Shown one piece after another: positions 43,349 to 53,720 of a stretch of 64,000 bases of DNA. Position numbers and translations under genes: made by a program. The stretch is from assembly GCA_965219095.1 (NCBI GenBank), contig CBDCMT010000001.1, positions 96,001-160,000 of the forward strand, given 5' to 3'. The notes beneath the pieces were generated by a model. The model was not told the origin of the DNA. It saw nothing but the letters and a program-made list of their open reading frames with translations, and did not search any database. Source of the stretch: Bdellovibrionales bacterium (GTDB taxonomy: Bacteria > Bdellovibrionota > Bdellovibrionia > Bdellovibrionales > UBA1609). Numbering within the stretch: the first letter of the stretch is position 1; every line of letters starts with the position of its first letter.

Positions 43349-45022
43349 TTATGAGGCTTTTGAAAGTTTTTTCTTAAGGTTATTAAAGTTCAAGTCCCAG
43401 ATCTGAGGTAAATGAATGAAAAAACGGCAATAAAGGTCTTTCTTTGATTCCACCCAAATCACTCCTCCTAAAGACTCTACTTCTTTTGAGATCACATCCA
43501 AGCCGGTCCCTCTTCCAGATAAGTCTGTACAGACATCTTTTGTTGAAAAATTAGGTTGAAAGATCTCTTGTGCCACCTCAAAATCTTCCTTATTTTTTAA
43601 AAAAGGTTTTTTCTTTTTAATTTTCTCTATATCGATTCCCCTTCCATCATCCTCAATTTTAATTTCATACCAATCTTTCTGATCCTTTTGAAATTCAGAA
43701 ACAAAAATAGAAATCCTTCCTGCTCTTTTTTTACCCTTAAACTTTCTTTGTGAAGGGGCTTCAATCCCATGATCGATAATATTTCTAAATAAATGGATGA
43801 AGCACACAAACAAATGGTCATAAGGATCTAAGAAGATTTTCGTCTCTCCTCCACAAATTTTCAAAGGAAGAAGAAGTTTGTTAAGCTTGTGGCTCATTTC
43901 ACTTAAAGGCTCATTGAACTTCACAAAGGCCTTACTAATAGGTTCAGCTAGAACTTGTTTAACAAACTTACAAGCCTCATCTAAACTCTTTTTCGAAAAG
44001 TATATTCCTAAATATTTTTTTTGAACAGTTGCATGCTCAGACATGCGATTGAAGTCTTTTCCTAAAATATGGATGTATTTAAATAAAAATTCATCTAAAG
44101 CTTTCTTATAATTTTTAATATGATTTAAAAACTCACTATAAGATAATACATCTCTATAAATCTTTTTTTCAATATCTTCAACAATATTATGACAACTATT
44201 AATTTTAAGTTGTCTAGAAATTCCTCTTAGGGAATGAAAGAATCTTTTAAAATTTTCTAACTGTTCTGAAGTCACTTTCTCATTTTCATAAGATTTATTT
44301 TCTTCATAAAAATTTTTAATGTAAAAGACAAGCTTGTGAATTTCTCTTTTATTATTAGCAATATGGGCTATAAGAAGAGCTTCTTGTGTTTTGTGTTTGA
44401 TCTTCTTTTGAACTCTTCTTTCCTTAGTTTTATCAGTCAAACAAAATATAAGTTTGTCAATTTCCCCAAAAAGATTCTTAGAAGTTTTTACTTTTACTTT
44501 TATATATTTGTTCTTATGAGGATAAATTTTAAGAGGACAAAAAGGTAAAAGATGATTTACATCAATTCCTTTCTTAAACATAGCTTCAATCCAGATTTTT
44601 AATTCTTTTTTTTGTGAACTTTCTATTTTTAAAAAAGAAAGGAATTCTTTAGAAGCAGGAATATCTTCTCCTATTAAATCTTTGCAGACCGTGGTGTAAT
44701 GAGGGAGAAATTTTAGCTCTTTATTGATCATAAAAAAATCTTGTCCTAAATTTTCCTTTGTAGCTAAAAGAGAATTTCTTGCTTCTATCATATCTGATGA
44801 ACTGATCTTTACATTGGTCTTTGCCATATCTAATTCATTTTGAAGATGATTGTATGATTTTTCGAGTAGAACCAAAAAATCTTCAAAATGAGTTAAAATT
44901 TTATAAGCCATTTCATCAGAAGGATTAGATTTTTTAAGATTTTCTAGATCATAATTTAAGAAAGAGTCACCAAAGGATTTTTTTAAATTCCTTAAAAGCT
45001 CTCTTGATTTAAATTTTTTCAT
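43349..45022 (-). CDS. Cytoplasmic CheA-like histidine kinase (Hpt + HATPase, no CheW domain)
   Basis: FHSLRG (Hpt His), HLFRNIIDHGIE, DDGRGID, FSTK...SGRGTGLDVI; ends shortly after the ATPase domain. Confidence 0.82.
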   Translation of the reverse strand: MKKFKSRELLRNLKKSFGDSFLNYDLENLKKSNPSDEMAYKILTHFEDFLVLLEKSYNHLQNELDMAKTNVKISSSDMIEARNSLLATKENLGQDFFMINKELKFLPHYTTVCKDLIGEDIPASKEFLSFLKIESSQKKELKIWIEAMFKKGIDVNHLLPFCPLKIYPHKNKYIKVKVKTSKNLFGEIDKLIFCLTDKTKERRVQKKIKHKTQEALLIAHIANNKREIHKLVFYIKNFYEENKSYENEKVTSEQLENFKRFFHSLRGISRQLKINSCHNIVEDIEKKIYRDVLSYSEFLNHIKNYKKALDEFLFKYIHILGKDFNRMSEHATVQKKYLGIYFSKKSLDEACKFVKQVLAEPISKAFVKFNEPLSEMSHKLNKLLLPLKICGGETKIFLDPYDHLFVCFIHLFRNIIDHGIEAPSQRKFKGKKRAGRISIFVSEFQKDQKDWYEIKIEDDGRGIDIEKIKKKKPFLKNKEDFEVAQEIFQPNFSTKDVCTDLSGRGTGLDVISKEVESLGGVIWVESKKDLYCRFFIHLPQIWDLNFNNLKKKLSKAS

Positions 45023-45052
45023 TATTTTATCTATACTTTTAAAAAGCGGACT

Positions 45053-45550
45053 TCAACAATTTAAAGTAATCGCAAAAGGACCATAAGATGTTTTAAAAGG
45101 GATGATTAAAATATCTTTTTCTTTTTTTACTTGAATTTTAAGAGGTCTTTTTATCAATTGAGGAGCCTTCATCTGCCACTTCGTTTGAAAATGAGTGGTT
45201 ACAGACTTTTTAAAACCTCCAAAAATAATATTTGTAATTTCACATACACCGTCTTGTAAGCACCTATCTTTATTAAGGTGAATTGTTTTTCCGTAAACTT
45301 TCTTTAAAAGAGGAAAAAGTGAGCCTTCTGTAAAAATCATATTGAAAAATCCACAAACCTGTTTCCTTTCATTTTGGAATTCAACCTGTGTTATAAGATC
45401 TCCTAAAACTTCTATTTTTTTTTTACAGACAATATAGTTATTAATGGAGGGCTTTTCACTAAATAACTGGAAGAAACTATCCTCTACAGATCGTTTCACA
45501 AAACTAAATAACATTTCATTATGATGATAGTTTTTAGCTTCCTGTATCAT
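45053..45550 (-). CDS. CheX/CheC-like phosphatase
   Basis: DGVCEITNIIFGGFK (ExxN motif), IPFKTSYGPF. Confidence 0.75.
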   Translation of the reverse strand: MIQEAKNYHHNEMLFSFVKRSVEDSFFQLFSEKPSINNYIVCKKKIEVLGDLITQVEFQNERKQVCGFFNMIFTEGSLFPLLKKVYGKTIHLNKDRCLQDGVCEITNIIFGGFKKSVTTHFQTKWQMKAPQLIKRPLKIQVKKEKDILIIPFKTSYGPFAITLNC

Positions 45551-45965
45551 CTACCTTATGATCCTGCTTCTCTATCTTATGCTTTACGGATTGTATCCTC
45601 TCATTAAGAACTTCTATGGAGAAAGGCTTTATAATATAGCCAGAAACACCCTTAGATACAGCTTTGACAATGGAGTTAAGTTCCGATTCAGCTGTAACCA
45701 TGATAATGGGGAGATCTCTAAAATTAACTTCGCTACGACATTTTGTAAGAACTTCATAACCATCCATTTCTGGCATGTTCCAATCCAAGAACACTAAAGA
45801 ATAAGGATTTTTATCTTTATGAGCTTCTTGTATTTTATTCCAAGCCTCTTTCCCATTAGAAACAAAATCAACGTTTTCATAACCCAATTTTGTTAAAGAA
45901 TTTTTAAAAATAGTCTGTATAAGTTCAAAGTCATCACTGACTAGTATTTTAATATCCTTTCTCAT
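45534..45965 (-). CDS. CheY-like single-domain response regulator
   Basis: ILVSDD, LDWNMPEMDG, IIMVTAE, YIIKPF; ATG 45965 after AGGAG. Confidence 0.9.
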   Translation of the reverse strand: MRKDIKILVSDDFELIQTIFKNSLTKLGYENVDFVSNGKEAWNKIQEAHKDKNPYSLVFLDWNMPEMDGYEVLTKCRSEVNFRDLPIIMVTAESELNSIVKAVSKGVSGYIIKPFSIEVLNERIQSVKHKIEKQDHKVDDTGS

Positions 45966-46173
45966 TTTCTTTTCTTCTCCTTTTCTCACTAAAGTTTTTC
46001 TTTTTTGTAAATCTTAACTGCAATTTAAGTATCGGGGTTTTTATAAAAAATCTTAAATAAAAATGTCTCAAATTAAAACAAACATCTAGTGAAAATAGGG
46101 AGGTCTAGACTTTAGAAAGCCCTACTTTGATACAGTTGAGATATGTATCTTGTGATTTAACTGAATTTCTATA

Positions 46174-47281
46174 TAGTGCTTCCGTTTAGGTTTTCAGTTT
46201 CCTAAGATAGAGAAGTTATCAGTTATCAAAGTTTCTAATTTAGATCTATGTTTTCGTATTCCTCTAAAAAATTGACTTAAACTTCCCTTGAAATCGTCAT
46301 AGTTTTCATAATATCGATTCGCCGTGACCTCTTTTTTCATAAACTTCCAAAGCCTTTCTATAGGATTTAAATTCGGTGAGTACGGAGGAAGATAAACAAG
46401 TTTTATATTCAACTCTTTCGCTAACTTCTTGACAGACTTCGATCTATTGTATCCGGCCCCATCTAAGATAAGATGAATCTCTTTTTCATCGGAATACTTC
46501 TTAATGAATATGATGGAGCATATCACATAGAAAAACTTCGTTAACTGTCTTATAACTCCTGAGCTCCACAAACATTCACTCTTTTTCTCCAGCCTGAATT
46601 GGTCTTCACTTCAAACTTCTTACCCTCTCTTATCCAACCATATGAAATCGTAGGGCCCCACTCAGGATGTGTGGAATCAGCAAAGTAAACAGGACCGTCT
46701 TTCTTCTTAATTCTCTTGTATTTACGCACAAACTTTTTCTGCTCTTCTTTCTTTACCTTACCTGGTATCGCTGTGGCTTTTTTATAAGAAAAACCGAGGC
46801 GATGGAGAAGATCAATTACACCACTTGTTGAGTACGTAACACCAAAATTCTCCTCAATGAACTGAATAACGGTCTGTGATGATGGAAAAATTCTTTTCTC
46901 TAATTCCTTTAAAAGCATTTTCTCCTCTTTCTTAGTTAAAAAGGACCTTTTAGGGTTGTAATTGTCGTTGATTAAGCACTCTATCCCACCTTTGTTATAA
47001 CGATCTCTACAGGCTCTTATCGTGCCCTCATCAATGAAAAGAAAGCAGGCAATATCTTTACACAACTTACCTTTATCTAAATGGAGAATTGTCATAATCC
47101 TTTTTACGTATTTAATATTTTTCTCTAGAGATAGTTCATAGAGTAAATCTTTTCGCTCTTTTTTTGATAGAAACCCTGACATATGAAACTATTTTTAAAA
47201 ATAAATGACTTTTTATCAAGGCCTTAGAATAAAAACTAGACCTCAACTCAAAAAAAACGGAAAACCTAAACGGAAGCACTA
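46174..47281 (-). mobile_element. IS630-family element (type B), transposase disrupted near 46550
   Basis: IRs TAGTGCTTCCGTTTAGGTTTTC flanked by TA; FADSTHP, LDGAGYN, LPPYSPNLNPIERLW. Confidence 0.92.
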
Positions 47282-47297
47282 TATATAGTGAATACGC

Positions 47298-47942
47298 TTA
47301 GATTTTCAGAAAAAAGCCTTCCTTAAAGAAAGCTTTTTTTCTTAGGAAAAAACTTTTTACAAACCAAAGCACTCTCAGTATTTGTAAAAAAAAATAAGGA
47401 ACAAAATAAATACAGGCCAAGATAAAATCACTTTTTTCTATAAGGAAAACATGAAAGGCCATAAAAACAGTTCCTAAATAAATGAAATTATGAAGATAAA
47501 ACCAATATTTTTTTAATTTCCTAACGGCATAATCATTAGAAGTGAGAGCTAGAAGAAAAAGTATGATAAAAGCTAAAAATCCAAATATAAGATAAACCTT
47601 TTCAAAGATCTCTCCAAAAGCATAAGACACATCTCTTTCATGGAAGAAAAAAAACATGACATGAAAAAAAGCACAAACAAAGGCTGCTACTCCAAGACTG
47701 CGACGATAAGGAAGAAGAGGTAGAAACCACTTTAAAGGCATATGAAACTTTTTAGCATAGGCCCTATAAATTCCTAAATACATGTTAATAAGAACCAGTA
47801 CTATTAGAATATGACCAAAGGTATGATTTAACTCTTCAAAAGGTTCAGGCCCCAGCTGGTTTGTAAAAAGCTGAAAAAGAGGGATAAAAAAAGGAAGGAA
47901 AAACAAAAACCAAAGTCTTTTTCTCACTTTAAGGGAACTCAT
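47298..47942 (-). CDS. msrQ: Heme-binding membrane subunit of methionine sulfoxide reductase
   Basis: RRSLGV, LALTSND, W..LH..IY and His ligands; adjacent to msrP. Confidence 0.85.
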   Translation of the reverse strand: MSSLKVRKRLWFLFFLPFFIPLFQLFTNQLGPEPFEELNHTFGHILIVLVLINMYLGIYRAYAKKFHMPLKWFLPLLPYRRSLGVAAFVCAFFHVMFFFFHERDVSYAFGEIFEKVYLIFGFLAFIILFLLALTSNDYAVRKLKKYWFYLHNFIYLGTVFMAFHVFLIEKSDFILACIYFVPYFFLQILRVLWFVKSFFLRKKAFFKEGFFLKI

Positions 47943-48023
47943 AGCTTATCTTAACTAAAAAATGAGAGAAAAGAACTTTTTTCTTGCAAAAGATGACAGA
48001 ATTCATACAATCTAAAAAGAGCT

Positions 48024-49010
48024 ATGCTTATAAAAAATAAAAAATTTTGGGAGTTTTGTGAAAATCAAGTGACTCCAGAAGCTTTTTATGAAGAAAGGAG
48101 AACTTTCTTAAAACATCTCGGAATTACAGGACTTGCAACAAGCCTCTTTCCTTTCTCTCTTTTTGCTAAAAAACTTTCTTTTAAAAAAAATAAGAACTAC
48201 TTACTACAAGACCCCTTACGTCCTCTTACTTCAGAAAAAGACGCTACAAGCTATAACAATTTTTATGAATTCAGTTTGAAAAAAACTGATGTAAAAGAAA
48301 AAGTCAAAGCATGGAAACTGCCAGAAGTGTGGAACATTGAAGTCAAAGAAGTTGATGAAAAAGTCAAAACATTTAATTTGCAAAAACTTATAAAAAAAAT
48401 AGGTCTTGAAGAGAGAATTTATCGTTTTCGCTGTGTAGAAGCATGGTCTATGGTTTTACCTTGGTTAGGTTTTCCTTTAAAGCACCTCATTCAAGAAATC
48501 GCCCCTTCAAGTAAAGCAAGCTACATAAAATTTCAGTCCTTTTATGATGTGAAACAGGCTCCTAATTTCACAAAACTCCCCTACTATCCCTGGCCCTATA
48601 CGGAGGGGCTAAGAATGGATGAAGCTCTGCATCCTCTCACCTTTATAGCCACAGGTCTTTATGGGAAACCACTAGCTAAACAGAACGGATCTCCTTTACG
48701 ACTTGTTGTGCCTTGGAAGTATGGCTTTAAGAGCATTAAATCTATTAGAAAAATAGAATTTACTCATAAAAGACCCTTAGGTTTATGGCAACAAATGGCC
48801 CCTAAAGAGTATGGCTTTTATGCCAATGTTAATCCAAAAGTCCCTCACCCTCGCTGGTCTCAAGAAACAGAAAAAGTTGTAGACGGGAGCTTAAATTGGT
48901 GGGATTTTATTTTAGGAAGAGCTAAAAGAATTCCCACCCTTATGTTCAACGGCTATGAATCAGAGGTAATCTCTTTATATAAAGGTATGGATTTAAAGAA
49001 GAACTACTAA
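48024..49010 (+). CDS. msrP: Periplasmic molybdo-enzyme methionine sulfoxide reductase
   Basis: Tat motif RRTFLK, YNNFYEF, RCVEAWSM, PWKYGFKSIK, YGFYANVNP, HPRWSQ. Confidence 0.96.
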   Translation: MLIKNKKFWEFCENQVTPEAFYEERRTFLKHLGITGLATSLFPFSLFAKKLSFKKNKNYLLQDPLRPLTSEKDATSYNNFYEFSLKKTDVKEKVKAWKLPEVWNIEVKEVDEKVKTFNLQKLIKKIGLEERIYRFRCVEAWSMVLPWLGFPLKHLIQEIAPSSKASYIKFQSFYDVKQAPNFTKLPYYPWPYTEGLRMDEALHPLTFIATGLYGKPLAKQNGSPLRLVVPWKYGFKSIKSIRKIEFTHKRPLGLWQQMAPKEYGFYANVNPKVPHPRWSQETEKVVDGSLNWWDFILGRAKRIPTLMFNGYESEVISLYKGMDLKKNY

Positions 49011-49017
49011 AAAATTA

Positions 49018-49548
49018 GCCTCCTCAAAAGAATCTGTGGGTTCCCGAAGGTTCTGGCAGTTTTCCAAGGTTATGATATAATACCATTTCCAAAAATTAAT
49101 TCGACATTCTTTTAATGCATAGCGTCCTGGCTTTTTGATCAACTCTGTTTCTTAAATTAGGTGTGATAAGTTACTTGTAGTTTTATAAGATTGAAACCCA
49201 TGATTTAATTGATTGCATTGTTTCATGGAGTATTATGATCTTCTGTTTTCTTAACGTTAAAAAACCCTACACACAAGGAAAGTTTTGAGCTTTAAAACTC
49301 CTAAAGAACTGTTTTAAAGGAGTTTTTAAGTCCCAGCCTTTCAAAAAGGCTGGTCATCCATATTTTCTTTTTGATAGACTTTTTGAGATAAATTTCCTTT
49401 TGTCATCAAACCTTATTTGATTTTTTTTGTTTTTTTCTTAGAATGAAAGAAACTATAGACTTTGTTTTTTATAAGTAGTTAAAAGTGGAAAATAGTCCCC
49501 AATAAGAAAATCTAGCTACTTTTTACCCGCAGATTCCCGGGAGGAGTT
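49018..49548. mobile_element. Mosaic: ISL3 right end, IS630 left end, unknown repeat, ISL3 left end
   Basis: 49018-49080 matches 59633; 49081-49149 matches 25134; ~49155-49230 matches ~4570-4662 reversed; 49510-49548 matches 11190 reversed. Confidence 0.8.
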
Positions 49549-49866
49549 GTTTTTTTTAAGTTTTTTTTCATACTCACGTTTTAATTTTTTGTAATATTCC
49601 TTTACATTGCGTACGTTAAGAGTTTGAAAAAAATCATGATCTTCTAAATTCGCTCCTAAGAACACAAGAAGTTTTGCTATTTGAAATCCTTTTAGCCTAA
49701 ATCTTCCTAAATTCTTTTCAAAACTAACCCAATCCTTTTTTGAAACTCCTAAAAATTGAGCTACTTCTTCTTGTGTTTTCTTTGACCTTACACGAATTTC
49801 TTTCATCTTATAAGAGATGCAAAACAAAAACATTTTTTCTAACTTTCTATTTTTATTATCTTTCAT
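49516..49866 (-). CDS. XRE-family HTH regulator
   Basis: MKEIRVRSKKTQEEVAQFLGVS..WVSFE; SD AAGGAGG; last codons lie in an ISL3 end. Confidence 0.7.
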   Translation of the reverse strand: MKDNKNRKLEKMFLFCISYKMKEIRVRSKKTQEEVAQFLGVSKKDWVSFEKNLGRFRLKGFQIAKLLVFLGANLEDHDFFQTLNVRNVKEYYKKLKREYEKKLKKNNSSRESAGKK

Positions 49867-50034
49867 GCTTACTTTCCTCCTTTATGAACTCACATAAGCA
49901 ACACAGCTTGAGAGTTCAATTTTTTAGAAGCAAGCCTATGCCAAAGCTCAAAGAATTTTTATTTAAAGAAGACAGACTAAATCAATTCAGATTTTGGATA
50001 AAAGATAAGTTTTTTAAATGAAAATATTGGTTTT

Positions 50035-50934
50035 CTACTTTACGATGTCTACTCTTAAGGAAGAGTTTTTAATGTGTAGATCCCTTTGAGGGAAAGCAAT
50101 CACAATGTCGTTTTCGCAGAAAGCTTCATCAATAGCGAAGCGAATGTCGCTAGAAACGATCTTGAGTTGAATGATGTTTTCCACATAGCTATAAAAGTAA
50201 AGGTGAAATTCTAAGTTGTTATCACCAAAATTTTCTAAAATAACAATGGGCTCAGGATAAGAGAGAACCTTTTTATGCTCTCCAGCAACTTTTAACAAAA
50301 GCTTTTTGACTTTTTTTGCAGCAGATCCATAGGCCACTCCTACTTTAATTTCTGAACGCACCACTCTATCAGAAAGAGTCCAGTTCAACACCTCTTTTTC
50401 CAAAAAAGAACTGTTAGGCACAACAATAGTCGTATTATTAATAGAAACAATCTTTGTGCTACGGGCTCCAATATCCTGAACTCTACCTCTAAGGTTAAGT
50501 TGAGCAATCTCCACAACATCACCCACTCGTACAGGTCTTTCCACCATAAGCACAATTCCGCTGATAAAATTATTCATAATATTTTGAGCCCCTAAACCTA
50601 CTCCAATAGCTAGAGCACCTCCTAAAACAGTAAGCATAGTCAGAGGAACATTCAAAACACCCAAAGAAAAGAGAATAAAAATTAAAAGTAAAACATAATA
50701 GGTAATCTTGTTAACAACGGCACGAGAAAGTTCATCCATTTCTTTGAATTTAGAGAGAATTCTTTTTTCAAGATAACGGCTTAAAAAATTTGCTAGAAAA
50801 AAACTTAGACATAGGAGGATTATCCCTAAAATGAGAGTCCCTATGGTGATAGACGAACCATTAGTATGTATAATTGGAGCATTCCAAATGTCTTTGACAA
50901 GCTGAAACATGCTTTTTACGAATTCTAAATTCAT
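50035..50934 (-). CDS. mscS: Small-conductance mechanosensitive channel
   Basis: GALAIGVGLGAQ, NFISG, ERPVRVGD, VPNS, IAFPQRD. Confidence 0.92.
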   Translation of the reverse strand: MNLEFVKSMFQLVKDIWNAPIIHTNGSSITIGTLILGIILLCLSFFLANFLSRYLEKRILSKFKEMDELSRAVVNKITYYVLLLIFILFSLGVLNVPLTMLTVLGGALAIGVGLGAQNIMNNFISGIVLMVERPVRVGDVVEIAQLNLRGRVQDIGARSTKIVSINNTTIVVPNSSFLEKEVLNWTLSDRVVRSEIKVGVAYGSAAKKVKKLLLKVAGEHKKVLSYPEPIVILENFGDNNLEFHLYFYSYVENIIQLKIVSSDIRFAIDEAFCENDIVIAFPQRDLHIKNSSLRVDIVK

Positions 50935-51013
50935 TCTTATTGTCTATTATAATTTATGAATAAAAATAAGAAAAGGTATTTATTCAAACCCTTTTCTAAG
51001 GTATGATATCATT

Positions 51014-53716
51014 ATGAAGAAAAACAATTCTCAGTACAGGTATTTAAGTGTACTTAATGCTGACTATATTGAAAAGCTTTATGAAGACTTCTGTCAGAAA
51101 GACCCTAACTTGCCTAAAGACTGGAAATTTTTTTTTGAAGGAGTAGAATTTGCTTTTCAAACAACAAAAAGATCACAAAATGCCAAAGAGGTCTTTGTAG
51201 AGCAACTTCTTCAAGCCTATCGAGATGATGGCCACCTCAAAGCTCATTTAGATCCTCTCAGCCTTAGAAAAAGACAGGATTCTCTTTTTGACTTAGAAAA
51301 ATTTAGCTTAGAAAACAAGGACTTAAAAAAAGTTTTTAAATCAAAAACTCTTTCAAGCCTTATAGCTCATATGGAAAAAACTTATTGTGGCTGTTTGACT
51401 GTGCATGTCTCTCATTGTACTTCTGAAATCAGGAAATGGTTTTACGAACAAATGGAGGAGGAAAAAATTCCATCCCTTTCAGATGATGAAAAAAAATCTT
51501 CTCTCAAGCACCTCATAAACGCCCACACTTTTGAGCAGTTTTTACACACACGGTTTGTGGGAGCAAAACGGTTTTCTATTGAAGGTTGCGATGCTCTTTT
51601 ACCTATGCTGTTTTATTTGTTAAAACAAACAGAGACTTTTAAAATTAATGAAATGGTTATTGGTATGGCCCATAGGGGACGTCTGACAGTTTTAGCTAAT
51701 TTTCTGGAAAAAAATCTAGAAGCTATTTTAAGTTATTTTGAAGGCTATCAAGAAAAAGAAGAGAATTTTGAAGGGGATGTAAAGTATCATTTAGGTTATT
51801 CTACAGATCTTAAAACAAAAAATAAAAGTTGCCATATAAGTCTTTGTTTTAACCCCAGCCACTTAGAGTCAGTTTATCCTGTGGTCTTAGGTATGGTACG
51901 GGCAAAACAACGGTTTCTCAAAGACACTGAGGAAAGAAGAAAAGTCCTCCCTCTTGTCATCCATGGAGATGCAGCTTTCGCAGCACAAGGTGTGGTGTCT
52001 GAAAGCTTACAGCTTTCAAAACTTGAAGGATATACTGTGGGGGGAACGCTCCATATTCTTATCAACAATCAAATTGGCTTTACTACTTTTCCTGAAGAAG
52101 GTCGTTCCACTTTATATTCTTCTGATATAGCAAAAAGCATTAAAGCTCCTGTGATACTTGTTAACGGAGATGATACGGAAGCTAGCCTAAAGGCCATATA
52201 TTTAGCTATAAAATTCAGAACCCTTTTCAAACAAGATGTTGTGATTGATCTTCACGGCTATAGACGTTATGGACATAATGAGGGCGATGAACCTTCCTTC
52301 TCACAGCCTAAAATGTACAATGTGATCAAAACTCATCCTCCTCTAAAAACAGTTTACTCCCAAAAACTTATGACAGAAAAGCTTGTTACATTAGAAGAAA
52401 CCAAAGAGTATGAAAAAGAAAAAAACAAAGAATTTCAGACTGTCTTAGATAAAGTAAGACAAAAACCTCAAGACTTTAAAATTCAAAGTCTTGAGGGTCG
52501 TTGGAAAAAATTGAGAAAAGCTAAGGTAAAAGATTTTGAAAAGTCTTATGAAAAAACAAGCTGTCCTATAGAAACTTTAGATAAAGTCCATTTAGCACTT
52601 TTCAATATACCTCAAAATTTTAACCTTCATCCCAAAGTCAAAAGACTAATAGAAGCTCGTAAACAAATGTATGAAGGAAAAAAAATTGACTGGGGTTTAG
52701 CAGAGCTTTTAGCCTATGGGAGCCTGTGTCTTGAAAACTATCCTGTACGTTTAACAGGACAAGACTCAAAAAGAGGCACTTTTTCTCATCGTCATGCTGT
52801 GTACTTTGATACAAAAAGCAATGAAGCCTATAGCCCTTTATCCCATATTTGTGTGGATCAGGCAGAATTTTGTATCTACAATAGTCCTCTTTCTGAAATG
52901 GCCGTCTTAGGTTTTGAATACGGCAACTCTTCCTCTGATCCTGATTTTTTAACTCTCTGGGAAGCACAGTTTGGGGATTTTGCAAATGGAGCTCAGATTA
53001 TTATTGACCAGTTCATCTCAAGCGGTGAATCAAAGTGGGGAAAAATGTCGAGCTTGACTTTGCTTTTGCCCCATGGCTATGAAGGTTTAGGGCCTGAACA
53101 CTCTAGTGCTCGTATTGAAAGGTTCTTACAACTCTGTGCTCAAGAGAACATACAAGTTTGCAATATCACAACCCCCAGCAATTTCTTTCATGCTCTAAGG
53201 CGACAAGTCAAAAGAGACTTCAGAAAACCTCTCATCATAGCCTCTCCTAAATCACTTTTAAGACATCCTCAAGTGATCTCGCCTCTAGATGAATTCACTC
53301 AAAGCCACTTTCAAGAAATTTTATCTGATCCTCTTGTAACAGATGAAAAACAAATTTCAGAACTCATTCTCTGTTCAGGGAAAATTTACTACGAAATACA
53401 AGAACAAAGAAAAAAAGAACATTCTCATAAAGCTGTTGTAAGATTAGAACAGCTTTATCCCTTTCCCAAAATCCAGCTCACCCCCTTTCTTAATGGCTAT
53501 CCAAAACTTCAAAAACTCACTTGGATTCAAGAAGAGCCTCAAAATATGGGGGCCTATAGTTTTATAAAACCCTTACTTTTTAAGTACTTAAAAGATTTAG
53601 GACGCTCCATTGATCTAAATTATGTGGGAAGGCCTAAGAAAGCCAGTCCTGCCACAGGATCTTCGCTTATTCATGCTCAAGAACAAAGACAAATCGTAAA
53701 AGATGCTTTAGGATAG
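51014..53716 (+). CDS. sucA: 2-oxoglutarate dehydrogenase E1
   Basis: GMAHRGRL, GDVKYHLG, HGDAAF, WEAQFGDF, LPHGYEG.GPEHSSAR. Confidence 0.97.
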   Translation: MKKNNSQYRYLSVLNADYIEKLYEDFCQKDPNLPKDWKFFFEGVEFAFQTTKRSQNAKEVFVEQLLQAYRDDGHLKAHLDPLSLRKRQDSLFDLEKFSLENKDLKKVFKSKTLSSLIAHMEKTYCGCLTVHVSHCTSEIRKWFYEQMEEEKIPSLSDDEKKSSLKHLINAHTFEQFLHTRFVGAKRFSIEGCDALLPMLFYLLKQTETFKINEMVIGMAHRGRLTVLANFLEKNLEAILSYFEGYQEKEENFEGDVKYHLGYSTDLKTKNKSCHISLCFNPSHLESVYPVVLGMVRAKQRFLKDTEERRKVLPLVIHGDAAFAAQGVVSESLQLSKLEGYTVGGTLHILINNQIGFTTFPEEGRSTLYSSDIAKSIKAPVILVNGDDTEASLKAIYLAIKFRTLFKQDVVIDLHGYRRYGHNEGDEPSFSQPKMYNVIKTHPPLKTVYSQKLMTEKLVTLEETKEYEKEKNKEFQTVLDKVRQKPQDFKIQSLEGRWKKLRKAKVKDFEKSYEKTSCPIETLDKVHLALFNIPQNFNLHPKVKRLIEARKQMYEGKKIDWGLAELLAYGSLCLENYPVRLTGQDSKRGTFSHRHAVYFDTKSNEAYSPLSHICVDQAEFCIYNSPLSEMAVLGFEYGNSSSDPDFLTLWEAQFGDFANGAQIIIDQFISSGESKWGKMSSLTLLLPHGYEGLGPEHSSARIERFLQLCAQENIQVCNITTPSNFFHALRRQVKRDFRKPLIIASPKSLLRHPQVISPLDEFTQSHFQEILSDPLVTDEKQISELILCSGKIYYEIQEQRKKEHSHKAVVRLEQLYPFPKIQLTPFLNGYPKLQKLTWIQEEPQNMGAYSFIKPLLFKYLKDLGRSIDLNYVGRPKKASPATGSSLIHAQEQRQIVKDALG

Positions 53717-53720
53717 AGTT

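Noticed and set aside
49018..49548. ISL3 right and left ends as one intact non-autonomous element
   Set aside because: No matching 8-bp TSD and the interior is unrelated debris; kept only as a mosaic.
49929..49943. Sigma54-like TGGCATAGGCTTGCT (minus strand) upstream of the XRE gene
   Set aside because: GG-to-GC spacing is 9 nt rather than the required 10.
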